A stretch of 64,000 bases of DNA from Podarcis pityusensis (taxonomy: Eukaryota): assembly GCA_964106645.2 (NCBI GenBank), contig OZ067044.1; one strand, given 5' to 3'. Position numbers and translations under genes: made by a program. Below, in pieces: positions 51,780 to 62,109 of the stretch (the first letter of the stretch is position 1; every line of letters begins with the position of its first letter). The notes under the pieces are model-generated. The model was not told the DNA's origin. It was given only the letters and a program-made list of their open reading frames with translations, and searched no databases.

Positions 51780-52880
51780 ACACTATGGACAATTGTATAG
51801 AATGTCACAAAAGATCAAGGAGAACCAACAGGTTACAGCCCACCTTCTTTCTCCTAATAAAGATAATCAAAAGGCTGTTTTGGTGCTAAAACTGAGTCTG
51901 AAACCAGACCTATTTCCTCCAGGCGCCTGTCCGCAGCTGACTGGCTCCTACACTCTTGATAACCCAGGAAAGGCTGCACCCTGACTCTTGAAAGACAGTG
52001 GGCATAACTGCCTTAAAGAGTAGGAAGGAACTCTTCAGGCCCGAGAGAGTGCACCTCACAACTATGGGTAACAAGCAATGGTTGGGCAACATTAGGCATG
52101 GCCTTTTGGAATGGCTGTCAGACTGTGAAGGGCCTTTTCAGGTGTAAGTAGTCTTGGCGGCGAGACTACGATTTTGCGGTCTCGGATGGCGGTTTCAGGC
52201 CTTGGGTGGAATCCTTTAGTCTATCTTCCCTAAATGGGGGGGGGGTGTGAAGCGGTGGCCCACGCCCCCCCTGCGGCGGCGATCCCAGGGTTCCCTGTTA
52301 AAGGGGTTGTTTTGAGGGGAGTCATTGGCCATACGCCAATAGGTTGTCAGTGGTCTCCCCTGCGTTGCAGCAAAATGGGGGGCGGGCTCTCTGCTTAAAC
52401 ATATGTTTCCCAGAGTCAGTCCAATCCCCACACATTTTGGATAACCTTGATGTTCCCCAGATCCCCGGCTGGGGACTGGGAAGGATAAACGCCCAATGCC
52501 TAAGCCAAGGTCTCCCTACATCGGAATCTTTAATAAAGTTGTGGCCAATTTTAATCCCATAACATGTTGTCATGAGTTATTATTCCACTAGGGAGTCGCC
52601 TGGGGTTTGGGGGGGGGTCTCAGCCTGTCCATACAAAGAGTGAGGTGTTGTATCTATCCCCTCCTACTTGATTTTGCCAGCCATGATGAGTAGGGATCAA
52701 GAGGGCACATAGTTAGCCTTACTGCTGCAAGTGTCCTGTCCATGTTCTCAAGCAGCAACAACTGAATCTGACCCCATAAGCTATAAGAAGATATGGACCT
52801 CCAATAGATCTGCACAAATTCTGGCATCAAGTTTGATATAGATCCAAGTGATTTTGCCCTCAAATTACTTTGCATATCGC
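51780..52880 (-). mobile_element. Old L2 RT fragment split by an LTR-like insertion (about 52150-52635)
   Basis: Antisense TMCPLDPYSSWLAKSSR (52660-52720) and ggtctggtttcagactcagttttagcacc (SGFR..FST; about 51880-51910) flank a CpG-rich block ending in aataaagttgtggcc. Confidence 0.6.
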
Positions 52881-53087
52881 ACACAGCAAGCTATTGACTG
52901 AACTATTGTTAATAATACCAGATACCATAGTCATGCAACCCAATTTCATTGAAATGGATGTTGCCCAAGATTTTAGTAATGTATGAAAAGGTAACATGTC
53001 TGTATAATGTAGGTTTCTTGCATCAGAACTATACCTTTAATCACTAGGATTCAACTGATAAATATATTTAAAAGCTCAGTTACCAAC

Positions 53088-53207
53088 CTTCAATCCAAGC
53101 ATTGCTCCAGAATCTCTAGGAACACTTCCATCTTTTAGTCGCTTGTTTAACAAAATCCGACCAATTAAACGGTCTCCATCTTTGGATGGTTGCCAGGTTA
53201 CAGGATG
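53088..53207 (-). CDS. RIMS2: RIMS2 exon, 120 nt, PDZ part 1: HPVTWQPSKDGDRLIGRILLNKRLKDGSVPRDSGAMLGLK, phase 0->0
   Basis: tactatag|CAT CCT GTA...TTG AAG|gttggt. 40 codons matching RIM2 (not RIM1) sequence as recalled. Confidence 0.96.
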
Positions 53208-54558
53208 CTATAGTAATATAGTTAACAGAGAGGGAAATCAATAGAATTCAGTCTCTGAAAAAGTCTCAGTATCAACTTCATTCCCATTTGCCAGTTTTAA
53301 GCATTGTGAAATGGCTATGATTACACCACTACTGGCTTTATATTTATATGTAAAGAATTAGAACTGATGTCAACCTATTAGGTCATCCAGTTTCTCCTTA
53401 AACATTTTACATGATTTTATTCCAAATGTGTCTACACCAAAGCTCTACTCTAAAGCAATTTATCAGTTAAGACAGATCATTATGGATTGACCATCATGTT
53501 ATTACTGTTCTAGATGTCACATTCCTTTTGTATCTATTCAAAATATTATATTTAAGCTACATTATGGATTATGGATTAAATCTTAATTAAAGAGATTGAA
53601 TTAAAATTTAATTCAACTGAGATAGTCCAAAAGTGTTTCATTACATTTCTTTTATTTTATATTTTTGTTATACTATACTTAACAGCCTAAATCCAGGCAT
53701 CCTTACCTGAAATAATTCCCATCATAATTTTAGCAGAACTTGCTTCCAACTGCAGGTACCTAAGTTCACAGTCTAGTATCAATTTAAGTTTAAGAAATGC
53801 ACAGTAATTTCATTATTAAATACTTCATTTACCACACACTCTTTACTTTATAGTGTATGGTAACTTAAAATATATATTTTAGCACCTTTGGTTTGTGTAA
53901 TCATAGCAATTTTTCACAGCTGTCTATCAGTTTCATGCCCTCACACATGCAGAAATCAGCATGCACAAAAATTATCCCTCATTAAATTTAATAACACTAA
54001 AAAGCCTCAAATAAAAAGTGAAAACAACAACCAAAAACACAAAGCAGATGGCAAGGACAAATACTACCCCATGATGCACAAAAATGACATGGCAACAAAA
54101 CAAATGAACAAACATGACATTGAAAGGGAAAAAAGAAAAACAACTTTTCTGTGTAAACTTATGTAATTTTGTCCCCACCCATTTTTTCCAACCTGGGAAT
54201 TAAACTATTAATTTAATTTCAGCCCCAGGGGCATTTAGCAGTAATCAAACATGCCAATCCAGAGGAGATCTCATTTTTATAAATCACTTTTCTGGTTTAA
54301 GGTGATGATCACCAAATACTATTGTGTGACCATAAAAGTGATGTTTATTTTTAGTGCCTGAATAATGTTTTCTCCTTATGCTTCAAGATGTAGAAACAAG
54401 CGAGCAATCCAGTGTTTGTGGTTTTGTTTTTCTTTTCTGCACCTGAAGAAATGTTAGATTAGACCTGCCTTATTATTACTGATCTGGTTTAATGAGTGAC
54501 AGAGAGCAAACAAAGACCAAATGAGCAGATTAAAATGCAGGCACCACAAAGCCAGTAC

Positions 54559-54767
54559 CTTTTCACTATGGCTATGCTCCTCATTTAGAGTCGTGCTACT
54601 ACAGGTGTCTACCCCAGAGTCTTTAATCTGAGGCTCAGACCATTCCAAGTCCTCTTCCAAAGAGTGGCCACCAAAATACACCATTTTCTTTTGTCTTTCA
54701 GATAAGGTGTTAGAGTCCGACAAAACTGCCTGCTCACTAGTTTTTCTTTTTCCCCTTTGACTGTCCC
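54559..54767 (-). CDS. RIMS2: RIMS2 alternative exon, 209 nt, (G)DSQRGKRKTSEQAVLSDSNTLSERQKKMVYFGGHSLEEDLEWSEPQIKDSGVDTCSSTTLNEEHSHSEK, phase 1->0
   Basis: cctgtag|GG GAC AGT...GAA AAG|gtactg. Lies inside ORF 54454..54837. The peptide GGHSLEEDLEWSEPQIKDSGVDTCSSTTLNEEHSHS is characteristic of RIM2. Confidence 0.93.
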
Positions 54768-54804
54768 CTACAGGTGTGGGATAAAAAGGATACAAAAAAG
54801 AAAA

Positions 54805-54810
54805 CATGCA
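54805..54810 (-). promoter_or_regulatory. RBFOX motif (UGCAUG) in the 114-nt intron between the two alternative exons
   Basis: Plus-strand catgca; about 72 nt downstream of the 65-nt exon donor and 38 nt upstream of the 209-nt exon acceptor. Function inferred. Confidence 0.5.
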
Positions 54811-54881
54811 GAGATGTAAATAAAACAAAGGAAACATGAAATGGTAAAGGAAACTGAATGGTAAGGCTCCACATGTCTCAC

Positions 54882-54946
54882 CAAAGACATTGGGGATGCC
54901 TCACTGCTATGCCAAGACGTATGGTCCCAGTTGTAATCCATGTCTC
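54882..54946 (-). CDS. RIMS2: RIMS2 alternative exon, 65 nt, (G)DMDYNWDHTSWHSSEASPMSL, phase 1->0
   Basis: Minus strand reads tcctcacag|GA GAC ATG GAT TAC AAC TGG...ATG TCT TTG|gtgaga. Matches the recalled RIM2 pre-PDZ peptide GDMDYNW(L)DHTSWHSSEASPMSL. Confidence 0.9.
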
Positions 54947-57900
54947 CTGTGAGGATCAGACAGACAAGATAGTGCAGTAACGGAAAAGTGAAAGAAAGGA
55001 CAGACAGATATAATAGACTTTGCATTTGTGTATCATCCTGCCTTTAGAGGTTTTGGCTCACTACCGTATTTTCTAGAAAAAAGCAGAAATTCCAAAAGAA
55101 TGAAGCTTATAAAGTGTGGAAGACAGTGAGCGAGTGTGTGCTTGCACATTATCTAGCTACATGGCATGTCAACGTGAAAGATTTGGTGTTTCTAACATCA
55201 CTTTACATTCCAAATATCACAAACGTGTATGAGAATATTAAAACCATTATGAACGGGGGGCGGGGGGAGGATGACGACTAAGGGCTGATATCATAGAACA
55301 TTGTAAGTTTTCCATTTATTTCAAAAGGGCTTACGCCTAGGTGTATGTGCGTAGGATGAGGATATTTGGCTGTGCTCTTAGATCATTAAATTGGAAATAA
55401 GCTCCACTGAAATCGCTGGGATGTAGACAGTAGAATGAAACAGGCTGCTGCCAATATAGGTTCATGACACAAGTAGTTAGCACAATGCTTATTTATTTTA
55501 TTTATATTAGTGACAAACCAATACAGCAATGCAGCTGTATTAGGGCAGAACACTGGATTTTCTGTCATATACGCAGCCCCACTAGAAGGTGTGGGGCAGT
55601 TTCTTTACCTATTTTGTTGCACCAGCACCAGGCTGGCACAGAATATCAGGATTCCTTTCCCAGATAAGGTCCAGCCCTACGCTTTCCTCAAAATGTTCTG
55701 CCACAATTTCAGCAGGTGAATCAGGGGTCTTTGCTGTGGCCAAGTCCCATCACCTACAGAGCCAGCAGAGGAATATCCCCACCGAACCCTAACCCCCAGA
55801 AGCAGTGTGGATAGATTAGTATTAGTCTGCCCTTCAGCTGAGATGTATATCAACTTTGTTAACACTGAACTAGAAAATAGGCTTAGAAGAAACTTTTAAA
55901 AAGTCATGTTCAAACTTTTTTCCCCTAAGAGCAATAATATAATACTAAATATAAACAACTACAACGAGGGGTTTAGAAATCTGCTTGGTTGAGAATGTGC
56001 TGTATAAAATATGGCTTCTAACATCTGACAGATTCACAGTAGCTTATCAACATTAGAATAAACAGCAAGTTTATAGCTTTCATGGTTGCCAAAGCAAACC
56101 TGAAAATAAGTAGACAGCTTTTGCAAATTTAATTTATTTAAATTATAATAATAGTGCCATGGTGGTAGGGCAAGTGGGCTCATGCATGGGACTCTCTTTA
56201 CTTTGTACAAGTCTTATTCTACTGTACACCCCACCCCATGTAAGCAAAATTACCTGCTTCAGTTCAGAAGATATATATTTCAAATTTTGGTTAAAAACAT
56301 CTTTCAGGTGATGCAACAAATATTAGGCCATAAAATGTGCAATGAATCTTTCCAAAAGCCACATTTTAGTTTAGCAGTAGTGGAATTTAGGGATTTTTTA
56401 AAAGTGCAGATATCTAAACCCCTTAACTATAACAATACATCTAAATAATGTAATGCTATGCTACATCCCACTATGCTGCCAAAATGTTTTCAAAATGTTG
56501 ACATACCTGCCAAAAAATGATAGACTGTTAAGAAAGAGTACAAAATAATCCTGGAATTAAATTTTGTTAAACTGAACATCAGCATTCATATGCTAAATTA
56601 TAAAAATTATAAAACTGTTTTTAATCCAAAACAATATTTAAAAAAACTATGTAAATATTATTTTATTAAGACAGTGACATAATTCTATGCATTCTTTCAT
56701 GTTTCGTTCCTCTTCTCCTTCACCTCTTTGTATGGATGCAACAAGCTCTAAGTAAGGGATGGGGATAAACATGTGGAGGGAGTGGGACAAAGAGGGGGGA
56801 AATAGGAAGGAGCAGAAGACATTTTTAGACCTAGCACTTTGACAACAAAAACATCAAATGTTCTTGTATGTGTCAAAGGTCACTTCCCTCTGCAAAAGAT
56901 CCAACATATTTTCTGCAGTGTTCAACAGGGCTACAACCCTGCATTCTAGGAGATTTAGCTGTTCAGGTACATTTGAGACCTGTAATAAAATGTAGTAAGC
57001 AGTGCTCCTGTTTGCAATTCCAGTCTGTGTAACACTCCTTTCCACCACCCACCATTCCCACCCACCCCATCACAGCCAACACTGCATCTCCATTGCATTG
57101 GGCTCTTTTGGATCCCTACCCCTATATTTTCACTTCTATCAACTTCCTGGCTCTCTCAAACCTGCTGATACCTTCCTCTTCTCCATGGGTGGTGCCCTTT
57201 CAGCTGCATAAGGATTCACACTTGGGGAATAAGTTTGCTTTTAGTATGTAGGAAAGTACTAAACACTTCACCACCATGCCCTACACTTCTCAGAAATACA
57301 GAATGCTACTCTAAAGTGTGATTTCTGGGACATTAAACCTTCTGAATTTATTTCAGTTCTAAAAATCCTGTGATGGTAGTCAGAGGTAAGAAAGGAGAGA
57401 TTTTCACTTTCCCATAAGTTCTATCCTCACCCCTAAACAATTTTCTGCTCTAACTTTAATGCTAAAGGGAAAGCTTGAAGACACCGACAACAACTCAACA
57501 GTCTTCAATTCTTAATTGTGCACAGGATTGTGGTAATGTGGACTGAAAGTTGTGCAGAATTCACACGCAGAGGATTTAGAACAAGGACCTTAAAATTGGC
57601 AGTTCAAATATGCAACAAAGAAAAATGAAGAATAATTTGGCTTCAAAGATACAAGGCAATAAGGGTGAAGTTCTACTAAAAGGGGAAAGACAACTTGAAA
57701 CCCAGCCAGACAGGCAGGGTATAAATATAAACAATAAAATTATTATTATTTAAGAAAACTGCTTCAAAAAGACATAACTATCGTGAATAAAATCCTGTAT
57801 TTGTACACATAGGACTAAACTAGGTGTGACACTAAATGCATCACTTGCAGTTACATTTTCTTTTTCCACTAATAGAAAGCCTGAGAGCCCCCAATTTAAT

Positions 57901-58149
57901 CAGGATCCTGTCACATGAGGAAAGGACTTTAATACTTTCCTCCATTTCCACAATCCTGACCAAAAATGCCCCTCAGAGAACAGTAACTAAACATGCTCTG
58001 CCCTAACAAAAATCAGAGCCCCCACACCTTACACACACTCCCTTGCAGATGATGGATTTAGTGTCCTGTCCAGTTTAATTCAGAAACTTATTTTTAGCTA
58101 GAACAGAAGACAATCATCTGAAGATTACTGAACACAAATAATTGGTTGA

Positions 58150-58430
58150 ATGGGGAATACCTGACTAGGCAGAAGTACACAGATCTCAGGACTGTAGTTG
58201 ATTTACAAGCTGAACATGAGTCAGCAAAGTGATACAGCTGCAAAAACAGGCTAATGTGATTTTAGACTGCATTAAATAGACCCATATTTTCCAAGTCAAA
58301 AGAAGTACTGTAATAGTTACACTTTACAGTCAAAACTTCATCTGAAATATTGTATTCATTTTCAGTTGTTGCACCTTAACAAGGACATAGACAAATTGGA
58401 ATGAGTTGAGAGGAAGGCAATGAAGAAAGA
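58150..58430 (+). mobile_element. CR1 LINE fragment (old)
   Basis: aagctgaacatgagtcagca...gctaatgtgattttagactgcattaa...aaggacatagacaaattgga (KLNMSQQ..AN.IL.CI..KDIDKLE). Confidence 0.75.
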
Positions 58431-61047
58431 AATGGTCAGTAGAAAGAAAAAAACAAATGTTTGTTTGTGGATACAGCTCATGGTTAGTGAGAAAAGAGCT
58501 TAACCACAAATATGGGTTCAGACAACATGTGAAACCAAACCTTAGCTTAACTCAGGGTAGTGGACCACCCAAAAAGACCAGGGACAAACAAAGCAGCAGT
58601 GAGTTCCTCTTCAGGAACTTGCACATTCATGTGGCCCCAGAAAGCCACAATTTGGTTTACCATGTGAAGTCCATTGATTAAATAAAATTGAAAAAAGAAA
58701 ACCTAATACTTTCTATAAAACTAGTTGTAAATCCCAAATATTTACAAATTTCCTAAAGGTATATATATTTTTAATTATCCTCCAGGGAAGCCTGAATAAT
58801 AGCTACTGAACAATAATACCAGTGTCATTGACACGGATGAGTTAATAGTCTGGTTCGCATACAACTCTAAACCATGGCTTATTACATTATGCTTTGTTCA
58901 TCCGAATCCTGTCTAGTAACTTAATTATGGTTTGTTTACTGTCAACAAACCACAATCTGAAGCCATGGTTATAAACAGGGTTATAAACATGGTTATAAAG
59001 CTGGGTAAAAGCAATGGATTTCAACAGACATCTAAAGCACAGAATAGTAGGCACTTGTCTAATCGTCGTAGAGACAGAGTTCCATAATGCTAGTGCAACC
59101 ACAAAGAAGGCCTTGCTGCTGGTAACCACACACTGAATGTGTGCAAACCAGTCTAATATGGCTGGACCTTGTTTATTTCATAACATAGACTTTCTAATTT
59201 ACTAACCTTTTTCCATGAGTCTGACTAGTATGGACAGCATAAGAATTACAGCAGTTATACAAAATATTAGTCCACTCACATAAAGGTAACTGAATTACTT
59301 ACTACAGCTGAAAATTAATTCATGTAGCTCACTTTATCATTATCAAAGACATTGTGGTTTCTCTGCTTCTGAAACATTTACTTAAGAAAAAGAAAAGGAA
59401 TTCCATCTTTTTTCTGTTGTCAGCAAGGGGATGCATTATGCTTTCAATCTGCCCATCATTTAAAGGATTTACAAATTAGCAGACAGCAAAATTCCCTGTT
59501 CAGGTAGGAGAAGCAACTAACATGGCTAGCAGTTGGGAAGGTTCCATTTATCCTTCCCTTATCCCCACCCAAACTCCTAAAACGGGAGTGATAAATTATC
59601 ACTGATAATCCCTCACCTGGAAGAAATGCTAATAACAGCCAGCCATGCTTCTTCACATACTTTCTGTCAGGAGTGGAGGCCCAGAAGCAAGCACTATTTC
59701 TACTGGTCAGAAATGTTCATAAGAAGATGGCAGGCAGCAGAAAAGCAGATAGACTGCCTGGACTGCCCCAGAGCAATGAATTGTTCTGTTCAGACTGAGA
59801 AAGCAGTCAAGAATAAACTTTACTGGGCCAGACTGATACCTAGTTGGCTCCATGTGTAACCTGATTCCTGCAGGGATGGAAGCTCCAGCGCTATTCCCAT
59901 CTCCTGCATTGATGTACCACAATTGTACAACAACTGTGGTCAGGCCAGCAGTTGGATGGATAGTTGGCGGTTGGAGGAGGTAGGTGGAAAGATAGTAAAA
60001 TACTATTTGAATGGGGATCCAAGCTTTATAAGGTTGGGGTGATTATCTACTATACATGTTCACAGGAGCTTAAAAGGATTGTTTTCTAAATCTACAATCT
60101 GTAACGCATATCTATTGTCAAAACATTACCTCAAACCATGCCAAACCATAATAGGTCCTTAAGAGTTTTGTTATACTACATTAAATCTTAAAAATAACCA
60201 GAAAAGAAAACTAAGAGTTATACACCGAGATAAGTTTTAGAAAAAGAGATAGTGCTTACATGGAAGTGTTTGCAAGTACAAGAGCATCATCTCTAGAATC
60301 AATTCTCATCTGTAACTTAATAGGCTGCCTGTTCACTGTAACTGAAGATCATCAAGATGTTTATTGATTTAAATCATGTTTCCCACTCTCGTCCTTTTCC
60401 CAATCACACTTAGTGATTTTTGCAACCAAAACTAGAGGATAATTGATCTTAGAACTTGGCTTGTAGTATGAGGTAACCAGCCAACAAATCAAACAACTTC
60501 AAAGTTGATCAATGAAACAAACAATTATATACTTTCTAAAAATCAGTATAAACATTTAATATATATTTTTAAAGCAGATCCAGCTTTAAGCAAAATCTTA
60601 AATATAAATAGTTCAACAATTTCATATTGGAAATTACAGCAGCCATTTGCTGCAAGGGCTTTAATGGGAAGAATATACAATTTATATGGCCAAACATACA
60701 TACAGTTCTGTGTGATTTTACTCCATGGCCCCCCTCCCCCCAATGAAAAGCTGCCTCACTCAGTTGTCAGTCTGAGCAAAGAAAAGCCGCATGGGTAATG
60801 GTTTATATCTTAAACCTTTCCTGTTGTTCTTTAATACATGGTGGAATAGATATTGGTATTCTGAATCTTTTCCCCGTGAGAGAAAAAGTGGCCTGGGACA
60901 ATTATTTTGACCTGAAAAAAATGATGAGAGGGGAGAGTTGAGAAGCAGCTTATTGCTTAGCGTTTGTTCTGGGCAAACTGGAAGCTAATTTATGCACCTT
61001 TTGGTTACAAAGCACAAGGAGGAAAATGGTATGGAATTCTAGATCTA

Positions 61048-62109
61048 CAGTGGTGCCCCGCAAGACGAATGCCTCGCAAGACGGAAAACCCGCAAGACGA
61101 AAGGGTTTTCTGTTTTGGAGGCGCTTCGCAAGACGAATTTCCCTATGGGCTTGCATCGCAAGACGAAAGCCCATAGGGAAATGCTGGCGGTCGGGAGCAA
61201 AGACTTTCGCCCACAGCCGGCCTTCAGAAGAGGACCTCTTCTGAAGGCCGGCGGGGGGCAAAAGTCTTTGCTCCCCCCCGCCTGCCTTCCCCCCGCCTGC
61301 CCCGGGCGATCTTAAAATGCTGGCGGGCGGGAGCGAAGCGTTCGCTGCCGACCCCCAGCATTTTAAAATCTCCCCCTGTCCCGGGGAGATTTTAAAATGC
61401 TGGGGGTCGGGAGCGAAGAGTTCACTGCCGACCCCCAGCATTTAAAAATCTCCCCGGGACAGCAGAGAAGTCTCTGCTGTCCCGGGGAGATTTTAAAATG
61501 CTGGGGGTCGGCAGCGAACGCTTCGCTCCCGACCCCCAGCATTTTAAAACGCTGTTTCGAAGCGGGGCGGGGGGCGGGAACACCTGCCCCAGCCGCCCCA
61601 CTTCGTAACACTGTTCCGAAGCGGGGCGGGGGGCGGGAACACCTGCCCCAGCCGCCCCGCTTCGGAACGCTGCTCCGAAGCGGGGCGGGGGGCGGGAACA
61701 CCTTCTGAAGGCGGGCGGGGGGCGAAAGTCTTTGTCCCCCCTGCCTGCCTTCCCAGGGGCTTTTAAATCGCCCCGGACAGCGGAGAAGTCCTCCGCTGTC
61801 CGGGGCGATTTTAAAATGCCGCCCGCCAGCATTTTAAGATCGCCCGGACAGCGGAGAAGTCCTCCGCTGTCCTGGGGTTTTTTAAAATGCTGGGGGTGGG
61901 AAGAAAAGCCCTTGTCCCCCCCCCCCCCCGACTTCAGAAGAGGTCCGGGGACAGACTGTCCCCGGACCTGGTCTGAAGGCGGTTTCCCTAGGAACGCATT
62001 GATTGATTTTCAATGCATTCCTATGGGAAACCGTGCATCGCAAGACGAAAAACTCGCAAGACGAAGAGACTTGCGGAACGAATTAATTTCGTCTTGCGAG
62101 GCACCACTG
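61048..62109. mobile_element. Large non-autonomous Tc1/mariner (Tigger/pogo-like) element with TA TSD and palindromic interior
   Basis: ta|CAGTGGTGCCCCGCAAGACGAA ... TTCGTCTTGCGAGGCACCACTG|ta; repeated subterminal cgcaagacg motif; no transposase ORF. Confidence 0.92.
61559..61702. repeat. 59-bp GC-rich tandem repeat, about 2.4 copies
   Basis: Unit gaagcggggcggggggcgggaacacctgccccagccgcccc(a/g)cttcg...ccg inside the Tc1/mariner element. Confidence 0.9.

Noticed and set aside
29905-54946. Assignment to RIMS1 instead of RIMS2
   Set aside because: KDGDRLIGRILLNKRLKDGSVPRDSGAMLGLK, LCAFITK and IVTILGAKDLP are RIM2-type sequences.
61048-62109. CRISPR-like array or coding region suggested by repeats and overlapping ORFs
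   Set aside because: No unique spacers and no cas genes in a eukaryotic context. TIRs with a TA TSD identify a Tc1/mariner non-autonomous element.
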